Of a stretch of DNA of 64,000 nucleotides, positions 42,101-53,600 are shown one piece after another (position 1 is the first letter of the stretch; each line of letters opens with the position of its first letter). The DNA is from Schmidtea polychroa (taxonomy: Eukaryota): positions 170,488,312 through 170,552,311 of the forward strand of contig CM097886.1 in the NCBI GenBank assembly GCA_044892525.1, written 5' to 3'. The position numbers and the translations under genes were made by a program. The notes beneath the pieces were generated by a model. The model searched no databases. It saw nothing but the letters and a program-made list of their open reading frames with translations, and was not told the origin of the DNA.

Positions 42101-45047
42101 CTGTTGCCTTCTTAGATTTATTAATCCAGTGTGAAGATAAACACTATGAGACAAAGATTTATGGAAAACTAAATTTGTCTTTATTTTTGAGGTTAGGGTT
42201 AAGTGTATTGCCACATACATTGGGGAGTATTCCGTATTCGATCAAAGACAATATTAGTGAGCACAATAAGGCCTGTAGAATTTAAAACGGAAGTAAAAAA
42301 TTAAAATTATATTACTTTATTTACATATCGTAGTCAATCCAGATTTATCTTGTTCTATTTGTCCATCGCCAAATTTCAACAATCATTCAGCAAATAAACC
42401 AGAATTAAAATCTTCTGAAAATTTAGTTCTCATATTTCTTGCAAGTTTTTTCAATAGATACCAATAGACAGAAATAATTGCAGGAGTATCCGGATCAGTA
42501 GTATAACTATGGGCGCACAGGGCCCGCAACTGCAGGGAAACCCATTTTTAAACCTGAAAAAATGAAATATTTTAATTAATAAATGCACAACAGAAAGATC
42601 ATTTTCGAAACTTAAGTTCTTCAAAAATTAACTTCGTAATTCGATTGGCCAAGAATGCCTTAGTGGTTTTAGCCTTAAGGAACATTGAAGCTTTACGGGC
42701 GAAAATTTATGGATGTTGACCAGCTCATTGACAGATTTGCAGAGATAAAGAGTCGTCACAAGGACTTGTCTTAGAATACTCACCTGTACTGACAGTACTG
42801 TACTAAATACGAAATTGTTGTTGATTTATGATTTCATAACATTGAATAAAACAATATTCAATAATCATTTTTAATGCAAATCGAAAACAATTTTTAGTTG
42901 TAGAATAAGATTACAAATTAATAATAAAATTAAATATAAATTAAAATCATTAAAATGTATTTCTCAAAAGTGAGTCAATAATTAAAAATATAAAATTATT
43001 GCCTATCAGATTGTCATTGGTTGTTAGGGGGAGCCCAGAATTTGAAGTTTCGCCACTGATCCGGATCTGTCTGGGTATAAGAAATAATTTTCAGGATATG
43101 TTGAGTACATGTATTAGTATCGGTACTTGAATGATTTCACAATTTAAAAAAAATATATATAAAAAATCGGTACAGTAAACCCTCCAACTGCGCGGTAGAT
43201 ACGTTACACAAAAACAACGCGCAAACCGAAACCGCGCACTGTGAACCCGATTTTATATGTAATTATGGGGTTAGGTTCCAGATATTTTTCTTTTGCCAGC
43301 TTTTTCCATTATTATATATAAGGTGTAGAAATTATTAAAAACCTATTAAATCAAAATGAGTATTAAATCAAAAATCAAAAATTTTATTTATACTTACTTT
43401 ATAACACTCTTTAATTGATGTAATAATTTTTTATTACGGTTATATCTAATGCACACGAATAAGATTTTTTTGAATTTAATACTAATATATTTTTAATTAA
43501 ATAAACACTTGTATAAATATCTATTAATTAAAACTATGTAATTTTACATCCTAATCCTAACCACATCACTAGAAAAATGAAACTGCCTTTATTATTTTTA
43601 TATAAAAAATACCGTGCATCGAAATACGATGAATCACTATTTTCACTACCATATGTATTCGTAGTTTTACGGGATTCACCATAAAAAATTAAATTGACAT
43701 GATTTTTCTTGTTAAAATAGACAAAAACAAAAAAAAAACGCGCAGCTACGAAATTTTTAGCGCGCAGATCGAAATTTTGGTATTAAAGGTTTGGCCGCGC
43801 AATTGCGAAACGCGCAGTTGGAGGGTTTACTGTATTACGAAAGAAAAGAAATAACTAAAATTTTAGTTTGCAATTTCTTATCCATTGTATGATTGAAATT
43901 GACTTATTCTCAAAAGATGCCGTCTATACCTGAATTTATTATATATAACCTCCCCATAAATATTTGGCACGTGTCTGCTGGACATTGAATCGGATCTTCG
44001 CCTTAAACTGGCAAACATTGAGCCCGATATCACTTCTTTAGTTAATAATAAACAGACCCAACCTTCTCATTAATTATATATTTTTTTATATTTAGCAATA
44101 GCAATAATTCCCACGTTACTTGTCTTTATTACAAATGTTCTCCATTGCATTTTATTCCCTATTTCAAAATTTTTGTTCAACCGGTACACAATCAAATTGT
44201 TTGTAACGTACAGGTACGGATGCATGTACCAGAACCCATCGAGTTATAGCAGAAATAATGTTTCTATTATATTTTAAGATATTTAAATTTTATTTTTGTA
44301 CACACAAAAAAACTTTCATTTTTATGTATATATATTGATAAAAGTTTTGTATTGGCTGAAAAAGTTTTATTGTTTTGTTTTCATAGATTATATCAAAAGA
44401 TAAGGATTATCGTTTTCCTGGTATAATACTAGGATATTTTTCATACTGTTCGGTTTATGTTTTAGAAGATCTTCATCTCAAACAGGTTATACATCGAGAT
44501 GTTAAACCTTCCAACATGTTAGTCAATCGATTTGGAAAATTCAAGGTATAGACATCGATGTTGTTTTCGAATGAACTGAAACAACGTTTTTCAGTTGTGT
44601 GATTTCGGAATATCTGGAAAACTGAAAGATTCACTTGTTCAAAGTGCCGTCGGAACGAATGCATATTTGGCACCGGAAAAAATCGATCCGAAATCTCATG
44701 GAGATAAGTATTCTATCATTTCTGATGTTTGGTCTTTGGGTTTATCGATATTGGAAGTAGCAGATATGAAATTTCCATTTTCCGACTGCAAAACTCTAAT
44801 GAGCCAATTGAGTAATATAGTTGTCAGTCCTCCTCCGACCTTACCGATTGACAGTCCGTATCATAAAAAATATCCACATTTGAATGAATTTTTTCGATGT
44901 ACTTTGGTCAAAGATCCCAAGCGACGATATAGATATGATAAATTAAAACAGTTGCCTTTGCTTCAAAGCTTTTCAGACGAGTCTAAATTCAATGAGGCTC
45001 AAGATACACTTAAAAGTATTATAGATCAATATATTGTACTTGATTGA
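35055..45047 (+). CDS. Dual-specificity MAP kinase kinase, most like MKK3/6
   Basis: Exons 35055-35166, 35216-35457, 44387-44545, 44595-45047; introns 49 nt, 8929 nt and 49 nt; 321 aa. LGEGNFSTV, FAVK, IWVLMEPMD, VIHRDVKPSN, LCDFGISG, SLVQS activation loop, LAPEKIDP, SDVWSLG. The large intron spans an N gap, so continuity is scaffold-inferred. Confidence 0.9.
37015..37960 (-). mobile_element. Decayed IS630/Tc1-mariner (DDE_3-type) transposase in the MAP2K intron
   Basis: ILLMDET, NVHVIGCIS and PIENVWSVVK motifs split across frames by stops and frameshifts. Confidence 0.85.
39112..39157. repeat. (AT)n microsatellite
   Basis: About 22 units. Confidence 0.95.
40829..41860 (-). mobile_element. 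Internally deleted hAT-like element with transposase C-terminus
   Basis: CPPTSISAERSFSILKKLL motif; TIRs TAGGGCCCCCCAA / rc TAGATCCCCCCAA; flanks GTCATAAT / GTAATAAT (8-bp TSD, 1 mismatch). Confidence 0.85.
42330..43140 (-). mobile_element. Helitron PIF1-helicase remnant interrupted by a hAT element
   Basis: Minus strand W.LLKKLARNMR...FAE*LLKFGDG resembles the Helitron LW....LT.NMR...F...LL.IGDG motif. Confidence 0.6.
42496..43058 (+). mobile_element. hAT non-autonomous element with dimerisation-domain remnant
   Basis: Perfect 8-bp TSD ATCCGGAT (42488-42495, 43059-43066); ends CAGTAG / CCACTG; internal ERSFSKLK..KN*LRNSIGQE.LS. Confidence 0.9.
43173..43832. mobile_element. Tc1/mariner (pogo/Tigger-like) MITE
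   Basis: Perfect 22-bp TIRs CAGTAAACCCTCCAACTGCGCG with TA on both sides. Confidence 0.92.
43978..44073 (+). mobile_element. Buster-type hAT transposase C-terminal fragment
   Basis: LDIESDLRLKLANIEPDITSLVNNKQTQPSH* matches the Buster/ZBED5-type C-terminus. Confidence 0.75.
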
Positions 45048-45481
45048 TAGTGATTGAAAAGTGTTTTATGTTAAATATTGACTGGCAGTACTCTAGAGAT
45101 GTTTTTGTCTTAATTATTCTTTATATTTGCATGCCCATTCTAGATTTCATGCTTGGCCAATTTGGTGATCTATTCAATCTTGGGGATTCCACATGAACGA
45201 AGTTATACGCCAAACTCCAGTGTGATACACCTTTAATATAAGAGGGAAATCAATAACGTTGATGTTACACCTATTTTCGTGGAATACACCGTGTTGCATT
45301 TGATAAAACTGACTATAAACTAACAACATAATTAATAAATTATACACCAGAGGACAATTGAAGAAGGCTAAATGGACATTGATGTAAAGACTAATAATAT
45401 AAATAAAACCTACATATAATAAATGTGTGTCATAGTCAAATGACATTTAATTAAATTCATGACATTAAATAGAAAAATAAA

Positions 45482-46045
45482 TACGGTTCACAAAATCTAC
45501 ACAATAAAAATTACACAAAATGGACATTAATTAAACTCTAGGACATTTAATAAACTCCAAATTTTTAATTTTAAAACGATTAAATATAAATACATTTAAG
45601 GATATCTCTGAAGCTAAGCAATTTTTAAACTCCACCTAGATTTTATTTAGTAAAATTGAAAATGGCGAAAGGATAAAAAGTTTTCTCAGTTCATGAATTT
45701 AGAAGAATGAGTTTCAATAATAGATTTTCTGCAATACGCCAATCAATAAATATAGAACTCCAAAAACCAGATTAGAGTAATTTGAGAAGTGAATATCATC
45801 CCGTTCTATCCTAAATATATGATGAAGCAAGGCATTTACGAAGTTTTTGTCTATATTAAAATAAATATATAAATGTCTTACATCTTTTATCATAAAATCT
45901 TTAAAAAAATTATTTTTATTAAATAAAAAGGAAAATAAATTATTTAATTACATAGGATTTAACATTGAAAATTACTGTTAATATTAAAATTAACACAGAG
46001 GCCATTGACTGGATTTTATTTAATGTCCAATTAGGCATTAGTCAA
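45482..46045 (+). repeat. Dispersed repeat, about 570 bp; second copy at 58355-58950
   Basis: Colinear high-identity sequence beginning ACGGTTCACAAAATCTAC at both loci. Confidence 0.9.
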
Positions 46046-47116
46046 TTAGTTCCACTGGAAAATATTTTCTATAATTAAAAAAAATCGATAAGTTCTATTA
46101 TATATGTAACACCAAATTACCTGTGTGTTAAAAATCTTATCGCACTAGATACACAAAAAATCAATATTTTTTTTTAATCGAAATACACAAACTTACCTGT
46201 ATAAAAATTTAATGTTGCATAGAATAAAAAATTTTAAAAATAGTATTATTAAGGAATAAAGTAGCATATTAAAATTAAGAATTCAATGCAGAAAACATAT
46301 CTTAGGTTAATTTTTAAAAAAATATATAAATTGCTGAGAATATAAATAGAAATTACAATAAATGTTTTATGAATATACCAAATCGCATAAATTAAATTNN
46401 NNNNNNNNNNNNNNNNNNNNNNNNNNNNNNNNNNNNNNNNNNNNNNNNNNNNNNNNNNNNNNNNNNNNNNNNNNNNNNNNNNNNNNNNNNNNNNNNNNNN
46501 NNNNNNNNNNNNNNNNNNNNNNNNNNNNNNNNNNNNNNNNNNNNNNNNNNNNNNNNNNNNNNNNNNNNNNNNNNNNNNNNNNNNNNNNNNNNNNNNNNNN
46601 NNNNNNNNNNNNNNNNNNNNNNNNNNNNNNNNNNNNNNNNNNNNAAGGCACGTATTAAGGACACTTACATAAATTGAGACCATTTAATTTAGAAAAGTAG
46701 AAAAAAAATTTTGACGAGAAAAATAAAATACACATACACTACACACAACAATAAAAATACACTGATGAAAAATTATGTACAGCAATTATTAGTTACAGGA
46801 CTTTTTAATTATAAAAATATACAACTTGAAGGTTTTTCTAGCGTTTTATCACATTCCAACGGTCTATGAGTTATAGAGAAGCAAAGGAAACCAATGTAAA
46901 TTATAACTTATATAATATAACTTCAACTTCAACTTTTTAGAAATCTAGAAAATGATGATAAATTATAGGAAATGATGGGAAATATAGGGAGAAAACATAA
47001 TTAAGATATTAAATTTAACGTTAAACTCAGAAATTTTAAAATTAATTCTCGATATTAATACAATATTTTTTGCTTTTGTATACGTACATTTGACTTTTTT
47101 CAGAATAATTCGTGAA

Positions 47117-47956
47117 TTAGATGACGATTAATTGTTTACGAAACGTTATGGAGGACTGAAGGACTGCAGTTTCAAATTTTGGTGATGGACTACTTGTTTG
47201 TTGAAACCGATTGTTTTTAGATGGAGTTATTGATCTTTCCCTTTCGCCAGATATGACTGCAAACGACTCTGATTTCGACTGCGTACTTTTTAAATTCAGC
47301 TCAATTTTCATTGCCTTTTTAATCAATTCATCAAAGTCATTAAAATCAATATAACACAAAGCCTTTTTAATTTCTTTCTTTACTCCGGACAAAAATTGAT
47401 CCTGTAGCAACTCTTTTACTTGCTTTGCCATCTCAGCCTGTTCTGGTTTCACTTCGAATGCTTTCTCTGCAAGGGTTGTTAAATGATAAGCAAATTCACT
47501 TACGGATTCCTCTGACTTTTGTACACGGTTATAGAATTTCTGCCGCATCATCCTTTTTATATCTCCTCCGATTAATTTAGCTGCAAGTGCGTCTTTCAAC
47601 TTTGTCCAGTCATTTGCTATTAATCTTTTATCAATTTGTTGCCATGCTTCTCTGGCTGCTCCTTTTAGGTATAGCGGTAATCTTTGAACCATTATCAATT
47701 GGCTCCATCCATAGGCTGTCGCATACATATAATAATCTGCCATGAAGTCGGCAAATTCCAACGGATCTCCCCCATACTGATCTACAGGTAGTTTTTGACA
47801 ATTCGCATAATCACTGCCTTCCTTGCCATTCCCCACAGAAACTGTGGACACGGGTGTTTCATCATTATTATTTGTATTATTAACTTGTCTTTGGGTACTC
47901 ATTATATTCTCTACTAGTTTGTGGCTTCTCAATTTATAAAATGATCTGGTTAACAC
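47117..47956 (-). CDS. Ty3/gypsy Gag capsid ORF (first ATG at 47902); pol absent
   Basis: Uninterrupted ORF with GDP.EF..F, LPLYLKGAAREAW, W..LK.AL, RVQKSEESVSEFA..L..LA and DQFLSG capsid motifs; lies downstream of PBS and LTR. Confidence 0.9.
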   Translation of the reverse strand: MLTRSFYKLRSHKLVENIMSTQRQVNNTNNNDETPVSTVSVGNGKEGSDYANCQKLPVDQYGGDPLEFADFMADYYMYATAYGWSQLIMVQRLPLYLKGAAREAWQQIDKRLIANDWTKLKDALAAKLIGGDIKRMMRQKFYNRVQKSEESVSEFAYHLTTLAEKAFEVKPEQAEMAKQVKELLQDQFLSGVKKEIKKALCYIDFNDFDELIKKAMKIELNLKSTQSKSESFAVISGERERSITPSKNNRFQQTSSPSPKFETAVLQSSITFRKQLIVI

Positions 47957-48369
47957 AGGTTTTACTCGTCTAAAATTTAAAGTATTACAATTACAAAATT
48001 TACCTTTCGTTTTAATTTTGACTTTTCAATAATCAATATCCACAATTATTATTTTCACTAATCTTCAATAATAAAATCACCACTTTAATAATTTTCCAAA
48101 AATATTCACCACTCTTAAATCAAATTTTTCACTTCAATATATGTATTTTTACCTTTTATCAATTTACAATACTTTCCCAATCTCAACAAATTTTCATCAA
48201 CTTTTTATCACGTCGGTATTAATCGATTTTTCAATCAAATATTTTCACACTTTAAACGAATTTTCACCAAATTGGATCACTTTTTGGATCACTTTTCAGA
48301 TCACTTTTGTATTGTTCGATATTATAGTCAAATACTTTCACAATTTCAACAAATTTTCACCGACTTCAG

Positions 48370-48387
48370 ATCACGTCGGGCTCACCA
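48370..48387 (-). promoter_or_regulatory. Primer-binding site, tRNA-Trp type
   Basis: Minus strand TGGTGAGCCCGACGTGAT, 3 nt after the LTR end; 17/18 match to the canonical tRNA-Trp PBS TGGTGACCCCGACGTGAT. Confidence 0.9.
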
Positions 48388-48390
48388 ATA

Positions 48391-49256
48391 TGTTGGGTTT
48401 TTTTAATGTAAGTCGGTATCACGGTCTGACTCCTTTGTGTTCTTTTTCAAAATCAAGATAACCCAACACAATAATTTTATTCAAGACCACTACAAGTACA
48501 CTTTTTGATTACACTCTTTATTGAACAATTACAATCTTTAATAACTCTTTGATCTGCACTTTTCAACACTACAATAAATATCACGTAGGGATAATCTTCC
48601 AAAGGGAGATGGCCCTTTCTGGTACGTTCGATTTTTAAATGGTTTAATTTCTACTAACTTTAATATTTCCTTTTCCGCTCTCTTCAAACTTCTATTTTCT
48701 TTTCTTCGACCAACTGGCAATTATGTTTCTTTGCTGGTTCCTTTTATACTTGACCTGTCAATTGATTTTAATTCGTCAAGCCCTTCGTATCCAATTTCCC
48801 GGGCTTCCTCCTATCTCTTTCTCTCATTATTCTAATTTAATTTTCGTCGGCCGATCTAATTTCCCCTTTGATCTAACATTTAGGCTCTCCCAAGACGCTA
48901 GGGCTTCCCATTATCTCGGGTTTTTCATTATCTCGGGTTTCTCATTAGCTCGGGTTCTCCATTAGCTCGGGTTTCCCATTAGCTCGGGCTTCCCATTAGT
49001 TAATTAATTTTTAATTAATTTTTGTTTTTTGTAATTTATTCTTTCTAGGGACCCCCCATTGATTTTATTTTGTTATATTTGAACTCGTTTCATAATTTGG
49101 CATCCGCCCATACCAGTTTCCCCCGAAATTATTCAATTTTTGTTTTTTTTGATTATTTTATCTTTATATCTTTGTATTTTACATTTATTATTATGAATTT
49201 GGTGTTTTAATTGATTTTTCACCTCAATTTTGTATCTCTTTTATTGAACCCCAACA
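48391..49256 (-). mobile_element. 5' LTR of truncated gypsy element (family 1)
   Basis: TGTTGGGG...AACCCAACA, followed by PBS and gag; contains GTATAAAAGG (TATA-like) and 17-nt tandem repeats. Confidence 0.92.
48909..48999. repeat. 17-nt tandem repeat (CATTAGCTCGGGTTTCC x about 5.3) in LTR U3
   Basis: Contiguous degenerate units with no spacers. Confidence 0.9.
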
Positions 49257-49474
49257 ATTTCATCCAATTTAGGAAAAATGCTGGAATCGTTAAAAAGCAT
49301 CCAACCGACATCAGCCGAAAGTGAGCGAGTATTTTCTTTGGCTGGAAATGTTGTAACGGTTAAAAGGCAAAGCTTAAGCGATAGCAGCATTGATTGAATC
49401 TGCTTTCTCAAAAGTTATTTCCTTAAAAATTAATTAATTTCCAATTTCCATTCCAATGTATTTAAATTTATATA

Positions 49475-49858
49475 TGTCGTAGGCAAATGGTAATTTTAGG
49501 AAAATAACATTTGGCTAGGCAAATGCCATTTACCTGGTCAAATAGCTTTAGCTATTATTTCATAATAATACCCTTGCGAGTTGTTGAGTGCGACCAGTAC
49601 CCTTACGACTAATACCCATAGGGGGACAGAAAATTTTGTCGGATAGACTNNNNNNNNNNNNNNNNNNNNNNNNNNNNNNNNNNNNNNNNNNNNNNNNNNN
49701 NNNNNNNNNNNNNNNNNNNNNNNNNNNNNNNNNNNNNNNNNNNNNNNNNNNNNNNNNNNNNNNNNNNNNNNNNNNNNNNAAAAATAATAATATTTTTTTA
49801 AAATAATAATATGACCTTGAAAATGTTATTTTCCTAAAATTACCATTTGCCTACGACA
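49475..49858. mobile_element. TGT...ACA MITE with 38-bp perfect TIRs and TATA TSD (Ginger-like); spans an N gap
   Basis: TGTCGTAGGCAAATGGTAATTTTAGGAAAATAACATTT and its exact reverse complement (49821-49858). Confidence 0.75.
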
Positions 49859-50642
49859 TATACATATATTTGATCGTACGTACTTGACATGTATTTATTA
49901 AAATAAAAAAATTCAAAAGTATGTTGAGGTTTTTTAATTGATGTCTCAAAAAGCTCGTTCGGCTCGAGTAGCTCGAGTTTTGAATAGAAAAAGCTCGAAA
50001 GCTCGAGCTTTTCAAAATCATAAAAAGGCAGCACCTCTAGTATTTGCAAAATGAAATCTAATGATAATTGCTGAAAATTGAAAAAATAATTACAAGATGA
50101 AATTTATAAGAATAAAGCTTGATAATCCCTCACGGGAGTTTACCGATTTAACGGCATATGACATATAGAGTGCCCCAATGTCCAGATGGTCCATTCAGAG
50201 TTCCAATTACATCAAACATCGTATCCACCAGATAATATGAACCCATGGTTTTTTATTTATTCATTTTTTTTTAAATTTTCCAAATCATTTATAAAGATTT
50301 TATTTATTTTTAATTTACAGCAGATAGTAAATATACATTTAAATTTTTTTTTAGTTGTTTTACCCATATGCTTAATGATGACTTGTCCTTTCATAGGTCC
50401 CTGCAATGCCTAGATTGCTTGCTAGTTACCTAGATTTCTTGACATCGTTAACCCCTGTGTTCTATAGCTATTTTTACGGTCATTCTACCTTGTAACATCC
50501 GGAATTGAGTATCATAGGTGAATTTTGATATGATTGTGCATGTGATTTTCATTGAACTTTGACACTTTCAATTCTTTATATATATTTATAATTAAAATGT
50601 GCGCTATTTTGAATTTGATAAATCTGCTAAACTTGAAGGATA

Positions 50643-53600
50643 ATGAAGGATAATATTAGGATAATGACCGGAATTCAGTTTTATAACAGCAATTACGTGA
50701 GCGCGTATCGCTTTATAATGAACGCGTATGTTCCGGCAACCTGTATTTGTAGTAGTATCGTCGGAATAATAGTATGCATTCTACTTTGGCAAATAATCTA
50801 TCAGGAGGTCCGAAATCCTATGTCAATCATTAGATTGTATTTAAGAAATATCTTGGTGGCTTTTACTTTTACTAATACGATCGGTCAGATTGTTGCACTG
50901 ATTTCGTCTATTACATTTCTAGCTTACCTCAAAAGTATGTGGGCTACCAATTCGACTTATCAGAATAACGGTGCCAAATTTCTCGGAATGATGTACGTGT
51001 GGATTAGGTTATCTAATTCCTTTCTTATATGGTTGATGGTCTTCAAAAGTTGGTCAAGACATGAATTTTTCTATTGGAATCAAATGATATTATGCAGTGT
51101 ATTCGGACCTTGTAAGTTTATATTACTTATTTATTTAAATAATTATATTAAATAAATGATTGGTTAGGTTTATATGACTGAGGTGGTCAAACTTCAGGTA
51201 AAGAGGTTGGCAAAGATAATACCTTTTAGATATTTATTATTCATAAATTTTATATAGGATATTTTATAATAAAAATGTAGACGAAAAGGTGCCATTTATA
51301 ATTATGTTGGGTATATTGTAGTTGGTCGATAATTATTAAGCTGACAATCACTGATCTGACTCTGAGTGTGTTTTTTAATAACGACAATGACAAACCCAAC
51401 GACGTAAAACTTTATTGATTATTACAATTGATTACAACAAATTCGACGATATCAATTTTCAATCAACGTCACATGTTTCAAATGCTTATTACAACCCTCC
51501 GGGAAGAATATCACAACAATGACAATGGTCTAAGAACACAACCACTTGACTACTGCCAGTAATGGGCAATTCGCAATATTGAACTAGTGGTTTTAACTTG
51601 ATTTGAGTTTCTCAACTACCTCTGATTCATTAATTTAATACACAAGTTTCTCCCAACTGTTTCCTGATCCTCAACACTTTATTTTACTCTTTTGGTAAAT
51701 TCAAATTTCTCACAAATTTCATTCTAACAAATTTTCTTGCTTTTCATCACAAGTATTTCTTGTAGCAATTTTCTCTCGTCCCAATTTTTCTCTCCTTCTG
51801 TTAATTTGCGTTTAGTTTTTATACATTTTCATCTGATGGCACTTTGTGATAATTCATTCTTTTTGTCCATTGGCATTCCATAATCCCTGACAGCTGTCAA
51901 GATACATAGTTCGTTCAATAATGCCTGGCGCTGACTAAGAAAGAAACATGATAAACCAATCAAAGCAAAAATATGTATTAATTAAGATTGAGCTTCTTTT
52001 ATTTAATTGTCTGTTTTTATTGATTTTCTTTTGTTCCTTTCTTTCACTCTTGTTTTACTGAGTTCCAGAAGAATGCCCCATTCATTTATCATCATTGCCC
52101 CTCCCCAATCATTTTACGCCTTTAATGATCATTTTTATTTTGTAATTTAGGTATCCCCAACAATTATATAATTATATATTTAATTTATATATATCCTATC
52201 TTTTCATCAATTATATCGTTTTCAACATTTACAACACAGTCTCAGCCGTTTATCTATTGCGTTAAATGTTAAATTTGGGGCGCCTGTAAATTTAATAAAC
52301 AAATCATTTTTGTTTGAATCAATGTGTTTGTTTATATTTGGGGACAAATTCTCTAAGAACGACATTTTATCGGTTCGAAATATTATTATCTTTTCTTTTT
52401 TGTAACGTCCTAAACCTTTCCTCTATATATTAACTTATATTTAATCCTGAAAACTACAATTTTACTTTACTGGATAAAAAACAAATAATAAAATAATAAA
52501 ATATTAAAATATTAAAATATTAAAATAGTAAGATATTAAAATNNNNNNNNNNNNNNNNNNNNNNNNNNNNNNNNNNNNNNNNNNNNNNNNNNNNNNNNNN
52601 NNNNNNNNNNNNNNNNNNNNNNNNNNNNNNNNNNNNNNNNNNNNNNNNNNNNNNNNNNNNNNNNNNNNNNNNNNNNNNNNNNNNNNNNNNNNNNNNNNAA
52701 TTCAATTTTATTATTTTATTTTTAGCTTATTCTTTTTACCCCTTCCAAAAACTTAACTGTTAAGGATGTTGTTAATCAATTTACAATATCGTACGGTTTC
52801 ATGTCAGTTTTTCTCCTCGTTCGTCTGATACAGTTGGAATCTTTAATTTCGTTTGGTCCTCCTTTCATTGATTTCCTTGATTTTGTCTTGTTTCTTTTGT
52901 CAAAATCTGCATCTTCTCAGCTGTGTAACTAGTGATATATTTTCCTGCGTGTGTCTTTATTTCTATTGCTTCCGACTCAAATTTTGCCCTTAATTCATAT
53001 GAGTGAAATAAACAATTGAGGGAATAGTCTATGTTGTTTACTGGTTGGCCTCACTCTCGTCCTTCCACTTAACCACCAGAATCAGGTCCCATCCGTGTGT
53101 CGTTAAAATTTAATTACTGGTTTGCTATATGCTGGTATTAAATGATTGATATCCAAATATCAAAATCACGTTAAATTCAAAAATAAAAAATAAAACAAAG
53201 TTTACTCCTCCTCGATACCGAGTTGGTGGCTTCATAAATTGTCAAAGAGTTCATGGATCCCTCATAATCCGACTTAGGCAAGTTCACCACCAAATGTTCT
53301 GTTTAGTTGCAGAATCCTCACATTATTATCCTCCTCACGTTCTTGTCCGATTCATTTCTTCATTTCACCTTTTTAAACTGTACTCTTTTTCGGCAGGTGC
53401 TTTCCTTGCTTTGCTTTATTGTTGATTCGTTTGTTTGTTTTTTGGTGGTTATCGGCTTTGGAGTTTTGTATATAGTTTGCTTTATGGTTACTAGCTTGGT
53501 TCTTCGTCTTTCGTTTAATAGATTGTAGATTTTCGCTTTTTTGAATTTTTTTTGATTTTTTAATTGTGTTTTGAGCTTCGATATATAAACCCTTTTTATT

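Noticed and set aside
48909-48999. 17-nt repeats as a CRISPR array
   Set aside because: No spacers, eukaryotic context, located inside an LTR.
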